From: Alphaproteobacteria bacterium
Lineage (GTDB): Bacteria; Pseudomonadota; Alphaproteobacteria; Bin95
Length of the DNA: 64,000 nucleotides
Direction: 5' to 3'
Assembly: GCA_963665325.3 (NCBI GenBank)
Contig: OZ224045.1
Coordinates: forward strand, 2,503,575-2,567,574
How positions within the stretch are numbered: position 1 is the stretch's first letter; every line of letters begins with the position of its first letter. Below are positions 29,748 through 39,103 of the stretch, one piece after another. The notes under the pieces were generated by a model. That model made no database searches. It had not been told where the DNA came from and saw only the letters and a list, made by a program, of their open reading frames with translations. A program made the translations under genes and the position numbers.

Positions 29748-30071
29748 TCAATGCGCGACCGAGAGCGGCGTGGGGACCACCCGGGTGACCTGGATCAGGT
29801 CGCGGTCGATGAGGTCCACAACCTGCGGCGCGACCTCGTTCTTCCAGAAGTCGCTCTCGTAAACGGCGGCGTAAAGCGCCTCGCGTTGCTCTTCGCTCTC
29901 GAAACGGCGTGTCCAGAAATAGACGGAATCGTCGTCCTCGCCGCGGTAGCTTCCGGTAATCACCATTCCTTTGGAGACCTGAAACGGGATGATGGTCCCT
30001 TCCATGAACTCAAGCCACTGCTTCATCTTGCCGGGCCGGACGGTGTACCGGCGAAGCTCGTAAAACGCCAT
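29748..30071 (-). CDS. NIPSNAP family protein
   Basis: FYELRRYTVRPGKM...YFWTRRFESEEQREALYAAVYES. Confidence 0.85.
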   Translation of the reverse strand: MAFYELRRYTVRPGKMKQWLEFMEGTIIPFQVSKGMVITGSYRGEDDDSVYFWTRRFESEEQREALYAAVYESDFWKNEVAPQVVDLIDRDLIQVTRVVPTPLSVAH

Positions 30072-30278
30072 CTGGGGTGCCCCCTTCTCTTCTAGAAATT
30101 TCGTGGGATTTTGCACGATGCAACCCGGCGTCGATACCCCCTCGCGGGAGGAACGGGCATTGCTGGGGGCCCCTTCGTTTTCCGCATGGACTTCCGGATT
30201 TCCGGCTGGCGCGTTCGCCGCGCTTCCTGCACATTGGCGGTCGGACCGAAGCCTGGGAAGCGCTGAGCCGCAGGGCCG

Positions 30279-31142
30279 ATGCGAAATATCCTGTCCATTG
30301 CGACGATCTGCCTTGCCATCGTGGCGGTCTGGTATGTCGGCGCCGTCTTCCTGAACGCCAAGTGGGAGCGCGACCAGGCTGCCCGCGCGGGCGTCGAGAT
30401 CGGCTGGGCGGAGATCGTTCCCGCCACCATGTCCCAGCAGCGTCCGGTTCTACCCGCTCCTCACCAGGTCGCCGTCGAGATCTGGCAGACCACGGTGGAC
30501 AAACGCATCACGTCCAAACGCAGCCTCGTCTATCACGGCTGGATCACACTCTCGGCGACGCTGCTGGGATTCGCCATGGGGGTGGCCCTCGGGATCCTGC
30601 TGGCGGTCGGGATCGTGCACAACCGGGCGATGGACCTCTCGGTCATGCCCTGGGTTATCTCCAGCCAGACCGTGCCCATTCTGGCCATCGCGCCGATGAT
30701 TATCGTGGTGCTCTACAATATCGGGATCTCGGGGCTGATCGCGAAGGCCGCGATCTCGGCCTATCTGAGCTTCTTCCCGGTGGTGGTCGGTATGGTGAAG
30801 GGGCTGCGCTCCCCCGACAACATGCAGCTGGACCTGATGCTCACCTACAATGCGTCCGCCTGGCAGGTGTTCTGGAAGCTGCGCTGGCCGTCCTCGCTGC
30901 CTTTCCTGTTCGCGTCGCTGAAGATCGCCATCGCCATCGCCCTCGTGGGCGCGATCATCGGCGAGCTGCCGACCGGCAGCCAGGGTGGCTTCGGCGCCCG
31001 GATGCTGAACGGCAGCTATTACGGCCAGGTGCTGATTATCTGGTCGGCCCTGTTCGGCGCCGCAATATGCGCGGGGCTCATGGTGGGCGCTGTCGGGCTG
31101 GTGCAGCGGGCGGTGCTGGCCCGAGCGGTGCTGGCGCGATGA
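30279..31142 (+). CDS. NitT/TauT-type ABC transporter permease
   Basis: SQTVPILAIAP, LSFFPVVVGMVKGL, KLRWPSSLPFLF, AIIGEL. Confidence 0.92.
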   Translation: MRNILSIATICLAIVAVWYVGAVFLNAKWERDQAARAGVEIGWAEIVPATMSQQRPVLPAPHQVAVEIWQTTVDKRITSKRSLVYHGWITLSATLLGFAMGVALGILLAVGIVHNRAMDLSVMPWVISSQTVPILAIAPMIIVVLYNIGISGLIAKAAISAYLSFFPVVVGMVKGLRSPDNMQLDLMLTYNASAWQVFWKLRWPSSLPFLFASLKIAIAIALVGAIIGELPTGSQGGFGARMLNGSYYGQVLIIWSALFGAAICAGLMVGAVGLVQRAVLARAVLAR

Positions 31143-31975
31143 GCTGGGCCGCGATTGCAATTGCCGCCTGGCTGGGGGGATGGGCCGCCAACATTTGGCT
31201 GGCGCGGCGGGCGGGCGGGCCGGTGCGATTTCTGGTGCCTGCGATTTTCGGGGTTTCGTTGCTGGTAATCTGGGAGGGGCTGGTTCGCGGACTGGAGGTG
31301 CCGTCGGTCATCCTGCCCGCGCCGACGGCGATCTCCGGCGCATTCATGTCCAGCCTTCCGATCCTCTGGGCCGATTTCGTGCAGACGGTGATCCGGTCGG
31401 TCCTGCCGGGCTATGCCATGGGGTGCGGGGCGGCGTTCCTCACGGCCATCGCTATCGACCGCTCGCCTTTCCTGCAACGGGGCCTCCTGCCCATGGGCAA
31501 TCTCGCCGCCGCTCTGCCGATCGTCGGGATCGCGCCCATCATGGTGATGTGGTTCGGTTTCGACTGGCAGTCGAAGGCCGCCGTGGTCGTCGTGATGTGT
31601 TTCTTCCCGATGCTGGTGAACACCATCGAGGGGTTGCGCATGGCCGAGCCAATGCAGCGGGACCTGATGCGCACCTACGCGGCCGGCTATGGGCAGACGC
31701 TCCTGAAGCTGCGTCTGCCTGCGGCCGGCCCCTTCATTTTCAACGGGCTGAAGATCTGCACGACCCTTGCGCTCATCGGTGCGATTGTTGCAGAGTTTTT
31801 CGGCACACCGACCGTAGGAATGGGGTTCCGCATTTCCACCGAGATCGGTCGCATGGCGCTGGACACGGTCTGGGCGGAGATTGCGGTTGCGGCCTTGGCC
31901 GGATCGTCCTTCTATGGGCTGGTAACGCTCGTCGAGAGGACGGTCACCCATTGGCATCCGTCGATCCGCGGTTAG
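31139..31975 (+). CDS. NitT/TauT-type ABC transporter permease
   Basis: ATGA overlap; LPAPTAI, PIVGIAP, KLRLPAAGPFIFNGLK, AIVAEFFG. Confidence 0.92.
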   Translation: MSWAAIAIAAWLGGWAANIWLARRAGGPVRFLVPAIFGVSLLVIWEGLVRGLEVPSVILPAPTAISGAFMSSLPILWADFVQTVIRSVLPGYAMGCGAAFLTAIAIDRSPFLQRGLLPMGNLAAALPIVGIAPIMVMWFGFDWQSKAAVVVVMCFFPMLVNTIEGLRMAEPMQRDLMRTYAAGYGQTLLKLRLPAAGPFIFNGLKICTTLALIGAIVAEFFGTPTVGMGFRISTEIGRMALDTVWAEIAVAALAGSSFYGLVTLVERTVTHWHPSIRG

Positions 31976-32011
31976 CGGCAATTTCCACCCTTGTTTGCCA
32001 GGGAGGGCAAC

Positions 32012-33001
32012 ATGAGAAAGACAGCACTCTTCGCAATAGCGGCGACATTCGCCCTGTCGGCTGCGTCTGTCCAGGCCGCCGACAAGGTCACGCTCCAGCT
32101 CAAATGGGTCACGCAGGCGCAGTTCGCAGGCTACTATGTGGCTGCGGACAAGGGCTTCTACGAAGAGGAAGGGCTGGAGGTTGAGATCAAGGCCGGCGGC
32201 CCCGACATCGCGCCTCCCCAGGTGCTGGCCGGCGGCGGCGCCGATGTGATCCTCGACTGGATGCCGTCTGCGCTCGCCACCCGCGAGAAAGGCCTGGCGC
32301 TGGTTAACATCGCCCAGCCGTTCAAGAGCTCTGGCATGATGCTCACCTGCCGCAAGGACACCGGCATCAAGACGCCGGAGGACTTCCGGGGCAAGACCAT
32401 CGGCGTGTGGTTCTTCGGCAACGAATATCCGTTCCTTTCATGGATGAGCCAGCTCGGCATCCCGACCGATGGCAGTGCGGAAGGCGTGACCGTCCTGAAG
32501 CAGGGCTTCAACGTCGATCCGATCCTGCAGGGCCAGGCCGCCTGCATTTCGACCATGACCTATAACGAATACTGGCAGGTCATCGATGCCGGCCTCTCTG
32601 CCGACGACCTCGTGGTCTTCAAGTATGAGGACCAGGGCGTCGCCACCCTAGAAGACGGCGTCTATGTGCTCGAGTCCGCGCTTGAGGACGAGGCATTCCG
32701 GGACAGGATGGTCCGCTTCGTCCGCGCCTCAATGAAGGGCTGGAAATGGGCTGAGGAGAACCCCGACGCCGCAGCCGAGATCGTGCTTGAGAACGATGCG
32801 ACCGGCGCCCAGACCGAGAAGCACCAGAAGCGCATGATGGGCGAGATCGCCAAGCTGACCGCAGGCAGCAACGGCACGCTGGACCCCGCGGACTACGAGC
32901 GCACCGTCCAGACGCTTCTGAAGGGCGGCTCGGACCCGGTGATCACCAAGGCCCCGGAAGGCGCCTGGACCCATGCGATCACCGATGCGGCCCTGAAATA
33001 A
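32012..33001 (+). CDS. ABC substrate-binding protein, NMT1/THI5-like (pyrimidine)
   Basis: Signal peptide; LQLKWVTQAQFAGYYVA, GGPDI, TMTYNEY. Confidence 0.92.
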   Translation: MRKTALFAIAATFALSAASVQAADKVTLQLKWVTQAQFAGYYVAADKGFYEEEGLEVEIKAGGPDIAPPQVLAGGGADVILDWMPSALATREKGLALVNIAQPFKSSGMMLTCRKDTGIKTPEDFRGKTIGVWFFGNEYPFLSWMSQLGIPTDGSAEGVTVLKQGFNVDPILQGQAACISTMTYNEYWQVIDAGLSADDLVVFKYEDQGVATLEDGVYVLESALEDEAFRDRMVRFVRASMKGWKWAEENPDAAAEIVLENDATGAQTEKHQKRMMGEIAKLTAGSNGTLDPADYERTVQTLLKGGSDPVITKAPEGAWTHAITDAALK

Positions 33002-33007
33002 CGTCGT

Positions 33008-33037
33008 TTGGGGGGTGGGCGTCCGTCCGCCCCCCAA
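33008..33037. terminator. Hairpin between convergent genes (likely terminator)
   Basis: TTGGGGGGTGGGCG-TC-CGTCCGCCCCCCAA. Confidence 0.6.
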
Positions 33038-33069
33038 GATAGCCTATGCGGCAGCCGGTTCGGCGTTCT

Positions 33070-33261
33070 TCAGCCGCGGGCTTTCAACGCCTTCGCCCGC
33101 TCGAAGTGGCGTACCGCGCTTTCGAACTTGTCGCGGCAGCCGGTGTTGCAGAAGCCGACGACATGGCCGTCGAATTCGATGAGCGAGTCCGCCTGCACCG
33201 GTTCTCCGGACCAGGGGCAGGTCTCGTTGATGCAATCGGCGATATCGAGAGCGGGCATCAT
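33070..33261 (-). CDS. Small YHS/TRASH-like Cys-motif protein
   Basis: INETCPWSGEPV...VVGFCNTGCRDKF. Confidence 0.75.
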   Translation of the reverse strand: MMPALDIADCINETCPWSGEPVQADSLIEFDGHVVGFCNTGCRDKFESAVRHFERAKALKARG

Positions 33262-33281
33262 CGTTCCATTCGTCTTGCGGG

Positions 33282-34205
33282 CTAGCCGCCCGTCGTTTCC
33301 GTGAGTATCGCCTTGACGACGAGGGCGGCATTGGCCGCCGCCAGGCCGAAGAACACCTCCAGCTGGTTCGCCTGTCCGCTTCCGCCCGCCAGGTCCGACA
33401 GGCTGCGGACGGCGATGAACGGCACGCCGTTCGCCCAGGCGACATGGGCAACCGCCGCGCTCTCCATGTCGAGCACGCGCGCCCCGAAGGTGGCGAACGC
33501 GTAGTCGCGGAACGCGGCATTGTCGATGAAGGCGCCGCCCGAGACGCCGGAGCCGCCGATGACGACCCTCGGGACGTGCGAGAGGCATCGGTTATCGGCG
33601 GCGCAGCGGTCGAGAACGACACCGGATGCTGCCCGCCGCGCGCTGTCGAGGAGCGTTTCGTCCACGGGAAACCAAAAGCGCGTCTCGGGCGCGGCCGCGC
33701 CGGCGCGGCTGACGGTCACCGAGCGCGGGAACATCATGGCGAAATTCGCGTAGGGATATTCGAAGAACGGAGGCTTCTCCCAGCCGTCTTCGACCTTCCG
33801 CGCGAACATGGATTCGAGATACTGTCCCCAGCGGTCGGCGACCACCACATCGCCGATATTGAGGTCGGGATCGACCCCGCCGGCAATGCCCGAAAAGACG
33901 ATTTGGTCGATATGAAAGCGGTCGAGCGCAAGCTGGGCCGTCATTGCCGCATTGACCGTGCTGATGCCGCTCAGGAAAAGCACGACATCGCGGCCCGCGA
34001 GCCTGCCCGTCACGAATTCGACGCCGTTTATCGATTGCGAGGCCTCGTCCTGGAGGTCCGCTCTCAGGACCGCAATCTCCGGCGGGAAGGCGGACACGAC
34101 GGCCGTGCGCCGCGTTTCGTCCTCGTCCGAATGTGCGGCGGCCGGAAGTGCGGCTGCTGCAAGCCAAAGCGCAGCGACCGGAAGGAGGCCGAGCTTCCCC
34201 AACAC
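33282..34205 (-). CDS. Exported MTA/SAH nucleosidase-family (PNP/UDP superfamily) protein
   Basis: N-terminal signal peptide; SGISTVNAA, FSGIAGG, DMESAAVA, VRSLSDLAG. Confidence 0.88.
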   Translation of the reverse strand: MLGKLGLLPVAALWLAAAALPAAAHSDEDETRRTAVVSAFPPEIAVLRADLQDEASQSINGVEFVTGRLAGRDVVLFLSGISTVNAAMTAQLALDRFHIDQIVFSGIAGGVDPDLNIGDVVVADRWGQYLESMFARKVEDGWEKPPFFEYPYANFAMMFPRSVTVSRAGAAAPETRFWFPVDETLLDSARRAASGVVLDRCAADNRCLSHVPRVVIGGSGVSGGAFIDNAAFRDYAFATFGARVLDMESAAVAHVAWANGVPFIAVRSLSDLAGGSGQANQLEVFFGLAAANAALVVKAILTETTGG

Positions 34206-34214
34206 CGGCTGTTG

Positions 34215-34946
34215 CTAACCCGCTGCAGCCACCATTAGGCGACCCTCGACGCCGTGGCGGGCGATCAGGCTGGCGACCAGGCTGCTGGTCTTGGCCTCCT
34301 CGACAAAATCCGCGACGAAGGCTGCAGCCGACCCGGGCCGGGAGCGCGGCACGCCGATGGCCTGCTGCACGGCGGAAAACTGCCCGTCCAGTATGCGAGC
34401 GCCGGGCAGCTTCTCGAGATCGCCGATCAACCCCGGGCGCAGGCCGGCCAGCGCCTCGTAGCCCTCATCCACGAACAGCTGGAAGGCGGCACCGAGGCCC
34501 TGCGCGAGCACCAGTTCGGCATGCTCGATGTTGCGCGAAAGCCAGAGTTCGTAGGCGCTGCGGGCCGAGACGGCGATACGGATACCGGCGCGGTCCACCT
34601 CCTCGATCGACCGGATTGGCGAGCCCGGCGGCACGAGGTAGGTCGCCTCGATCTCGGAATAGGCGAGCGTGAAGGCGATCTTCTCCGCGCGCTGGGGCTC
34701 CGCGCCGATCAGGCCGATATCCCAGATATCGTCTTCGGCCGCGTCCGCCAGCTCGCCGGGGGTGGGGAAGGGCACCATCTTGACTGGCACGCCGATCCGC
34801 TCGGCCAACGCGCGCGCCATGTCGGGCGACACGCCGTCAGGGTCGCCGGACTCGGTTCGGCCGGTGACGAGCAGGAAGTTCGACATGTTGATGCCGGCGC
34901 GCAGCACGCCGGTCGGGGCGAGCTGCTCGGCGATATTGTCTGACAT
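34215..34946 (-). CDS. Solute-binding-protein family 3-like protein
   Basis: QLAPTGVLRAGINMSNFLL, IEATYLV, SAYELWL. Confidence 0.85.
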   Translation of the reverse strand: MSDNIAEQLAPTGVLRAGINMSNFLLVTGRTESGDPDGVSPDMARALAERIGVPVKMVPFPTPGELADAAEDDIWDIGLIGAEPQRAEKIAFTLAYSEIEATYLVPPGSPIRSIEEVDRAGIRIAVSARSAYELWLSRNIEHAELVLAQGLGAAFQLFVDEGYEALAGLRPGLIGDLEKLPGARILDGQFSAVQQAIGVPRSRPGSAAAFVADFVEEAKTSSLVASLIARHGVEGRLMVAAAG

Positions 34947-34996
34947 GGGAAGCCGGGTTCCTTCGTTCTGTCGGTTCTGAATAGGGACGCGGCCGG

Positions 34997-36229
34997 TCAG
35001 ACGGCGCCCTTGTCGCGCAGCGCCTCTACCTCGCCGCCGGAAAGGCCGAGCCAGTCCGACAGCACCTCGTCGGTGTGTTCGCCGAGCGTGGGCGAGCACT
35101 CGACCGGCACATCGTTGCCGGACATCTTCACCGGCCAGCCCGGCATGAGGAAGTCGCCTCGCTCGGGATGCTGCACGGTCTGGAAGATGCCGCGCGCGCG
35201 CATGTCCTCGCTGTCCGAGAGTTCCTTGGAATCGAACACCGCGCCCACCGGCACGCCGGCCGCGCCGATGGCCTGCATCGCCTCTTCCTTGCTGCGCTTC
35301 GAGGTCCACGCGGTGATGGCCTCGTCCAGGTCCTTCTGGTTGGCCGAGCGCGCGGGCGCCGTGGCAAAGCGCGGGTCGTCCTTGAGCTCGGGACGGCCGA
35401 TCACCTCGCAGAGCCGCTCCCAATGCAGGTTCGAGGCGCGGGTGGTGTAGATATAGACATAGTCGTTCGGCCCGCCGGGCGCGCAGAGAAACACGTCCGA
35501 GGGCGCGCTGCCGGCCATGATGACCTCATTGCCGCGCCGGGGCGCAGCCTCGCCGGTCGTCGCCTGCACGGCATAGGCGAGGCGGCAATAGTTGATCATC
35601 GCATCCTGCATCGCGACCTCGATATGCTGGCCCTTGCCGGTGCGCCCGCGCTGGTAGAGCGCGCCCAGGATCGAGATCGCCATGTGCAGGCCGGTGCCGG
35701 TGTCGCCGATGGTGGGGCCGGGATTGATCGGTCGCCCGTCCGGGTCGCCGGTGATCGCCATGACGCCGCCGACAGCCTTGCCGATCATGTCGAAGGACAG
35801 GAACTTCTCGTAGGGCCCGCCGCGCGCGAAGCCCTTGACCTGGGCATAGATGATGCCCGGATTGATCTCCTTCGCGACGTCGTAGCCGAGGCCGAGGCGC
35901 TCGATGGCGCCCGGCGCGAAGTTCTCGATCATCACATCGGCCTGGGCGATCATCGCCTTCACCGTCTCCAGCCCCTCCGGGCTCTTCAGGTTCACGGTGA
36001 TGCTCTTCTTGTTCGCGTTCAGCAGCATGAAATAGTAGCTGTCCACGCCCGGCCGGTCGGTGGAGGCGAAGCGGCCCTGCTCGCCGGAGCCCGGCCGCTC
36101 GACCTTGACCACATCGGCGCCGAGCCAGGCCAGAGCTTCGGTGCAGGAGGGGCCCGCCTCGAACTGGGTGAGGTCGAGCACGCGGACGCCGGCAAGGGCG
36201 CGGTTGCTGTCATCGGTCATGTCGGTCAC
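34997..36229 (-). CDS. Class III CoA transferase (formyl-CoA transferase-like)
   Basis: LAGVRVLDLTQFEAGPSCT, NANKKSIT, ENFAPG, IGDTGTG. Confidence 0.92.
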   Translation of the reverse strand: MTDMTDDSNRALAGVRVLDLTQFEAGPSCTEALAWLGADVVKVERPGSGEQGRFASTDRPGVDSYYFMLLNANKKSITVNLKSPEGLETVKAMIAQADVMIENFAPGAIERLGLGYDVAKEINPGIIYAQVKGFARGGPYEKFLSFDMIGKAVGGVMAITGDPDGRPINPGPTIGDTGTGLHMAISILGALYQRGRTGKGQHIEVAMQDAMINYCRLAYAVQATTGEAAPRRGNEVIMAGSAPSDVFLCAPGGPNDYVYIYTTRASNLHWERLCEVIGRPELKDDPRFATAPARSANQKDLDEAITAWTSKRSKEEAMQAIGAAGVPVGAVFDSKELSDSEDMRARGIFQTVQHPERGDFLMPGWPVKMSGNDVPVECSPTLGEHTDEVLSDWLGLSGGEVEALRDKGAV

Positions 36230-36239
36230 TCGCGGGTTG

Positions 36240-36764
36240 TCAGTCGTCCTGGGGCCGGAGGCTTTCCTTGAAGCGGGCCCGGTTGGTCACATACCACTGG
36301 TTCTGCTCGGCGAAGAAGGCGGACATCTCCGGCGTCACCTGCCGGATGACCCTCCCGGGAATGCCGACCACCATGGAATTGTCGGGGATCTCGGCATTCT
36401 CGCGCACCAGCGCCTTGGAGGCGATGACGCAATTGCTGCCGATCTTCGCCCCGTTCAGCACCACCGCGCCGATGCCGACCACGGTCCCGTCGCCGACGAG
36501 GCAGCCATGCAGCATCGCCATGTGGCCGACCGTGACATTGCGGCCGAGCACGAGCGGCGAGCCGGGGTCGGTGTGCAGCACGCACCCGTCCTGGATGTTG
36601 GTCTCCTCGCCGACCTCGATCGGCTCATAGTCGCCGCGCAGCACCGAGTTCCACCAGATCGAGGCGTTTCGCAGCACGCGCACGCTGCCGATGCAGATCG
36701 CCGTCGGCGCAATAAAGGCGCTCTCATGCGCCTCCACCCGCCGGTCCTCAAGGATGTATTTCAT
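36240..36764 (-). CDS. Gamma-carbonic-anhydrase-like hexapeptide-repeat protein
   Basis: VLRGD, TNIQDGCVLH, TVGHMAMLHGC. Confidence 0.92.
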   Translation of the reverse strand: MKYILEDRRVEAHESAFIAPTAICIGSVRVLRNASIWWNSVLRGDYEPIEVGEETNIQDGCVLHTDPGSPLVLGRNVTVGHMAMLHGCLVGDGTVVGIGAVVLNGAKIGSNCVIASKALVRENAEIPDNSMVVGIPGRVIRQVTPEMSAFFAEQNQWYVTNRARFKESLRPQDD

Positions 36765-36829
36765 GGGCCGGCATTAGAGCGGGAGGGCGCGGGAGGCGCA
36801 AGCGGCGCCCAGCGTCCGGTTTTCCTGGT

Positions 36830-36862
36830 TTGACTTTATCCCTGTTTGTTCCATATATGTTT
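36830..36862 (+). promoter_or_regulatory. Putative promoter overlapped by an alpha-type LexA-like box
   Basis: TTGACT at 36830-35; GTTC-CATATAT-GTTT at 36848-62 matches GTTC-N7-GTTC with one mismatch and covers the expected -10. Confidence 0.5.
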
Positions 36863-37122
36863 CTTTCCGGCGCACAGAGAGAGAGCGAGGGAATGACCTG
36901 ACGAACTATCGGGGCGGGAGCGCTGCGGCGGCCGTTCCGGCGCAATTTTCAAACGAAACTGCCGGCGGCCGGGGGCCGGGCGGCAAACCGGCGGGGTGCG
37001 GCCGCCGCGATGTTGTGTTTCAGCCAATCCGGTCCGGGGCAGGGGCGGCGCGGCGCCTCGTTTCATCCGGCCAGGACCGGGACGGCGGTTCCGGCGGGGC
37101 GTGCGGAGGAGGAGAAGGAACG

Positions 37123-37551
37123 GTGACCGAAGAACGGAAGGACGGGCCGGACGGCGGATTGCCGGGGCCGAGGCGGGGCCGGGCCGTCAGCGCGGACATG
37201 CGGGGCCGCGCGGTCGCGGCCGTGGTGCAGCGGGGCGTGAGCGTCCGCAGCGTGGCCCGGCAGTTCGGGCTGGGGACGACCACGGTTCGCCGGTGGGTGA
37301 AGCTCTTTCGCGAGCGCGGCCATGTGCGGCCCGGCAAACGGGGCGGCGGCGTCTCGCGTATCGAGCCGGAGCGGGAGCGGATTTTCCGCATCCTGGAGGG
37401 GCGGCCGCGGCTGACCGTCCGGGGGCTGACCGCCGCGCTGGCCGCCGAGGGTCTGGCATTCGGCACAGCCACGGTCCAGCGCTTCCTGAAACGCCACGGC
37501 CTGGAGCGCGAACGCCCCCCTGCACGCCGCCGGCGGGGGAAGAAGGCGTAG
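37123..37551 (+). CDS. IS630-family transposase N-terminal HTH domain only (no DDE domain)
   Basis: SADMRGRAVAAV...SVRSVARQFGLGTTTVRRWVKLFRERGHVRP...TVQRFLKRHGL; strong GGAGGAG RBS; stop after 142 aa. Confidence 0.7.
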   Translation: MTEERKDGPDGGLPGPRRGRAVSADMRGRAVAAVVQRGVSVRSVARQFGLGTTTVRRWVKLFRERGHVRPGKRGGGVSRIEPERERIFRILEGRPRLTVRGLTAALAAEGLAFGTATVQRFLKRHGLERERPPARRRRGKKA

Positions 37552-37724
37552 CGGCGCGGCACCGGAACGCCTCCTTCGCCGCCCTCCTTGCCGCCGCCCT
37601 CGGCGTCCGCAGGGCTCCGGGAGCGTCGATTATGCCCGCGATGGCGGGATTTGGGGTATTACTGGACTTCCGGTTCGGAAGATCGCGCCATGCGGAACGG
37701 ACCCTCGGCGCTATGCGCGGTTCC

Positions 37725-38345
37725 TCACAGCTCCTCGCGCTGGATACCGCAATCCTCCATGCACTGGAGAAGGCGACGATAGGCGTCGAGCAAAGCGCCG
37801 CGATTGGCCCAATTATTGCCTTCGTCCTCCACCAGGGGCTGGATGAAAGTCCCTTGGTCTTCAATGGGATAGGTGGGATCCGCGATATTGCCTTGGGTTG
37901 TCGGCCAATCGTTGTCAAAAACCAGTTCGAACATGCGGGCAAACGCATCTACAGCCTTGAAAAGCTCCGCCATCTTTATCGATTGGGCTAATTCGGGAAG
38001 GTTCGGGAGCATGAGAACGCCAATTTTTTCCTGCGCCTCGGATACCGTTTGCGGCGAAGCGCGCGCCGCGAATTTCGCGTGTCGCGCTCGCCAGTCCTGG
38101 CTTCTCAACTGATCCGCAAGCACGACACCGACGACAGGGCCCGACGAGGGAAGCTGCACCTCGAAGGGATAGCCCCGGACCCTGGAAGTGATCGGGCAGA
38201 ACAGCGCCAAACTGCTTCTATCGTTATAGTTCCGTGGACTCAGAACCAGGGCGGGGCGGCGCCCGGCCTGTTCATGGCCCGCTTGGGGTGTGAACTCCAG
38301 CCACACAATGTCTCCTCTATCCGGGATGTAGTCGTCGGCTACCAT
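37725..38345 (-). CDS. mazF: MazF/PemK endoribonuclease toxin with an approximately 95-aa C-terminal extension
   Basis: YIPDRGDIVWLEFTPQAGHEQAGRRPALVLSP...CPITSRVRGYPFEV...ADQLRSQDW; frame stays open to 37725. Confidence 0.88.
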   Translation of the reverse strand: MVADDYIPDRGDIVWLEFTPQAGHEQAGRRPALVLSPRNYNDRSSLALFCPITSRVRGYPFEVQLPSSGPVVGVVLADQLRSQDWRARHAKFAARASPQTVSEAQEKIGVLMLPNLPELAQSIKMAELFKAVDAFARMFELVFDNDWPTTQGNIADPTYPIEDQGTFIQPLVEDEGNNWANRGALLDAYRRLLQCMEDCGIQREEL

Positions 38346-38578
38346 CGCTCGTTGCCTTGCGAAGGTCCCATATCCTCTTCCGGATGCAGGTTCTCGGCCG
38401 TGATCCGGTTCACCATGTCCTCGATATCGTAATTCCGTTTCCACATCACGATCCGACCGGACTGCACATCCATCTCCATCGCGGCCCCTTCCGATATCCC
38501 GCATTGCTCCGCAACCGCCTTGGGGATACGCACGGCCAGACTGCTTCCCCACTTCCCGACTTGCAGGTTCGTGCCCAT
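38339..38578 (-). CDS. mazE: MazE/AbrB-type antitoxin
   Basis: [14 protein letters not shown]...[21 protein letters not shown]; overlaps the mazF start; GGAGG RBS. Confidence 0.9.
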   Translation of the reverse strand: MGTNLQVGKWGSSLAVRIPKAVAEQCGISEGAAMEMDVQSGRIVMWKRNYDIEDMVNRITAENLHPEEDMGPSQGNERW

Positions 38579-38592
38579 AGGAACACCTCCTC

Positions 38593-38612
38593 GTATATCT
38601 ATATTGTATATC
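38593..38612 (-). promoter_or_regulatory. Probable mazEF autoregulatory operator
   Basis: AT-rich GTATATC-TATATT-GTATATC direct repeat immediately upstream of the mazE RBS. Confidence 0.5.
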
Positions 38613-38720
38613 CTTGCCGGCAAAATGGCAACTTTCGACCGGTATGGGCCTCGGCGAAGACCGGGGCAGGGCTGTGCGTATTTGCGGAATTTTCGTTCAG
38701 GAAGCCGGCCCGGGCCCGGG

Positions 38721-39038
38721 CTTGAGATAGAAACGGCTCCGGGCGAGGTTCCCGGCCATGTTCGCGGCGAGACAGCCCTGCCATGCCGGATTGTCGACTA
38801 TCCCGCTCCCGGCCGGCTTGCGGCTCTCAGCAAGCGGTTCCGGTTGAGCCGGCGGCAGTTCGCCGGGCGCTTCGGTCTCGATGCGCGCGCTCTTCAGGAG
38901 TGGGAACAGGGCCGACGCGTTCCCGACAGGGCGGCGCGGGTGTTGCTCACCGTCATCGACCGGGAACCAGAGGCCGTGGTCAGGGCGCTCGGCGAAAGTC
39001 GAACTGAAGGACGGACGGGGCGTTCCCCGGCATTGTGA
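38721..39038 (+). pseudogene. XRE-family HTH (HigA/MqsA-like antitoxin), probably decayed
   Basis: [45 protein letters not shown]; no good RBS/start nearby and no cognate toxin upstream. Confidence 0.6.
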
Positions 39039-39103
39039 GCCGCAGCACGGAGACCTCGGGTCGCTCGACGGGCGTCCGGGGCGACGGGCTGGCGGCGCGT
39101 GTG

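Noticed and set aside
36900-37720. Complete IS630 element
   Set aside because: No DDE catalytic region, terminal inverted repeats or TA duplication recognisable
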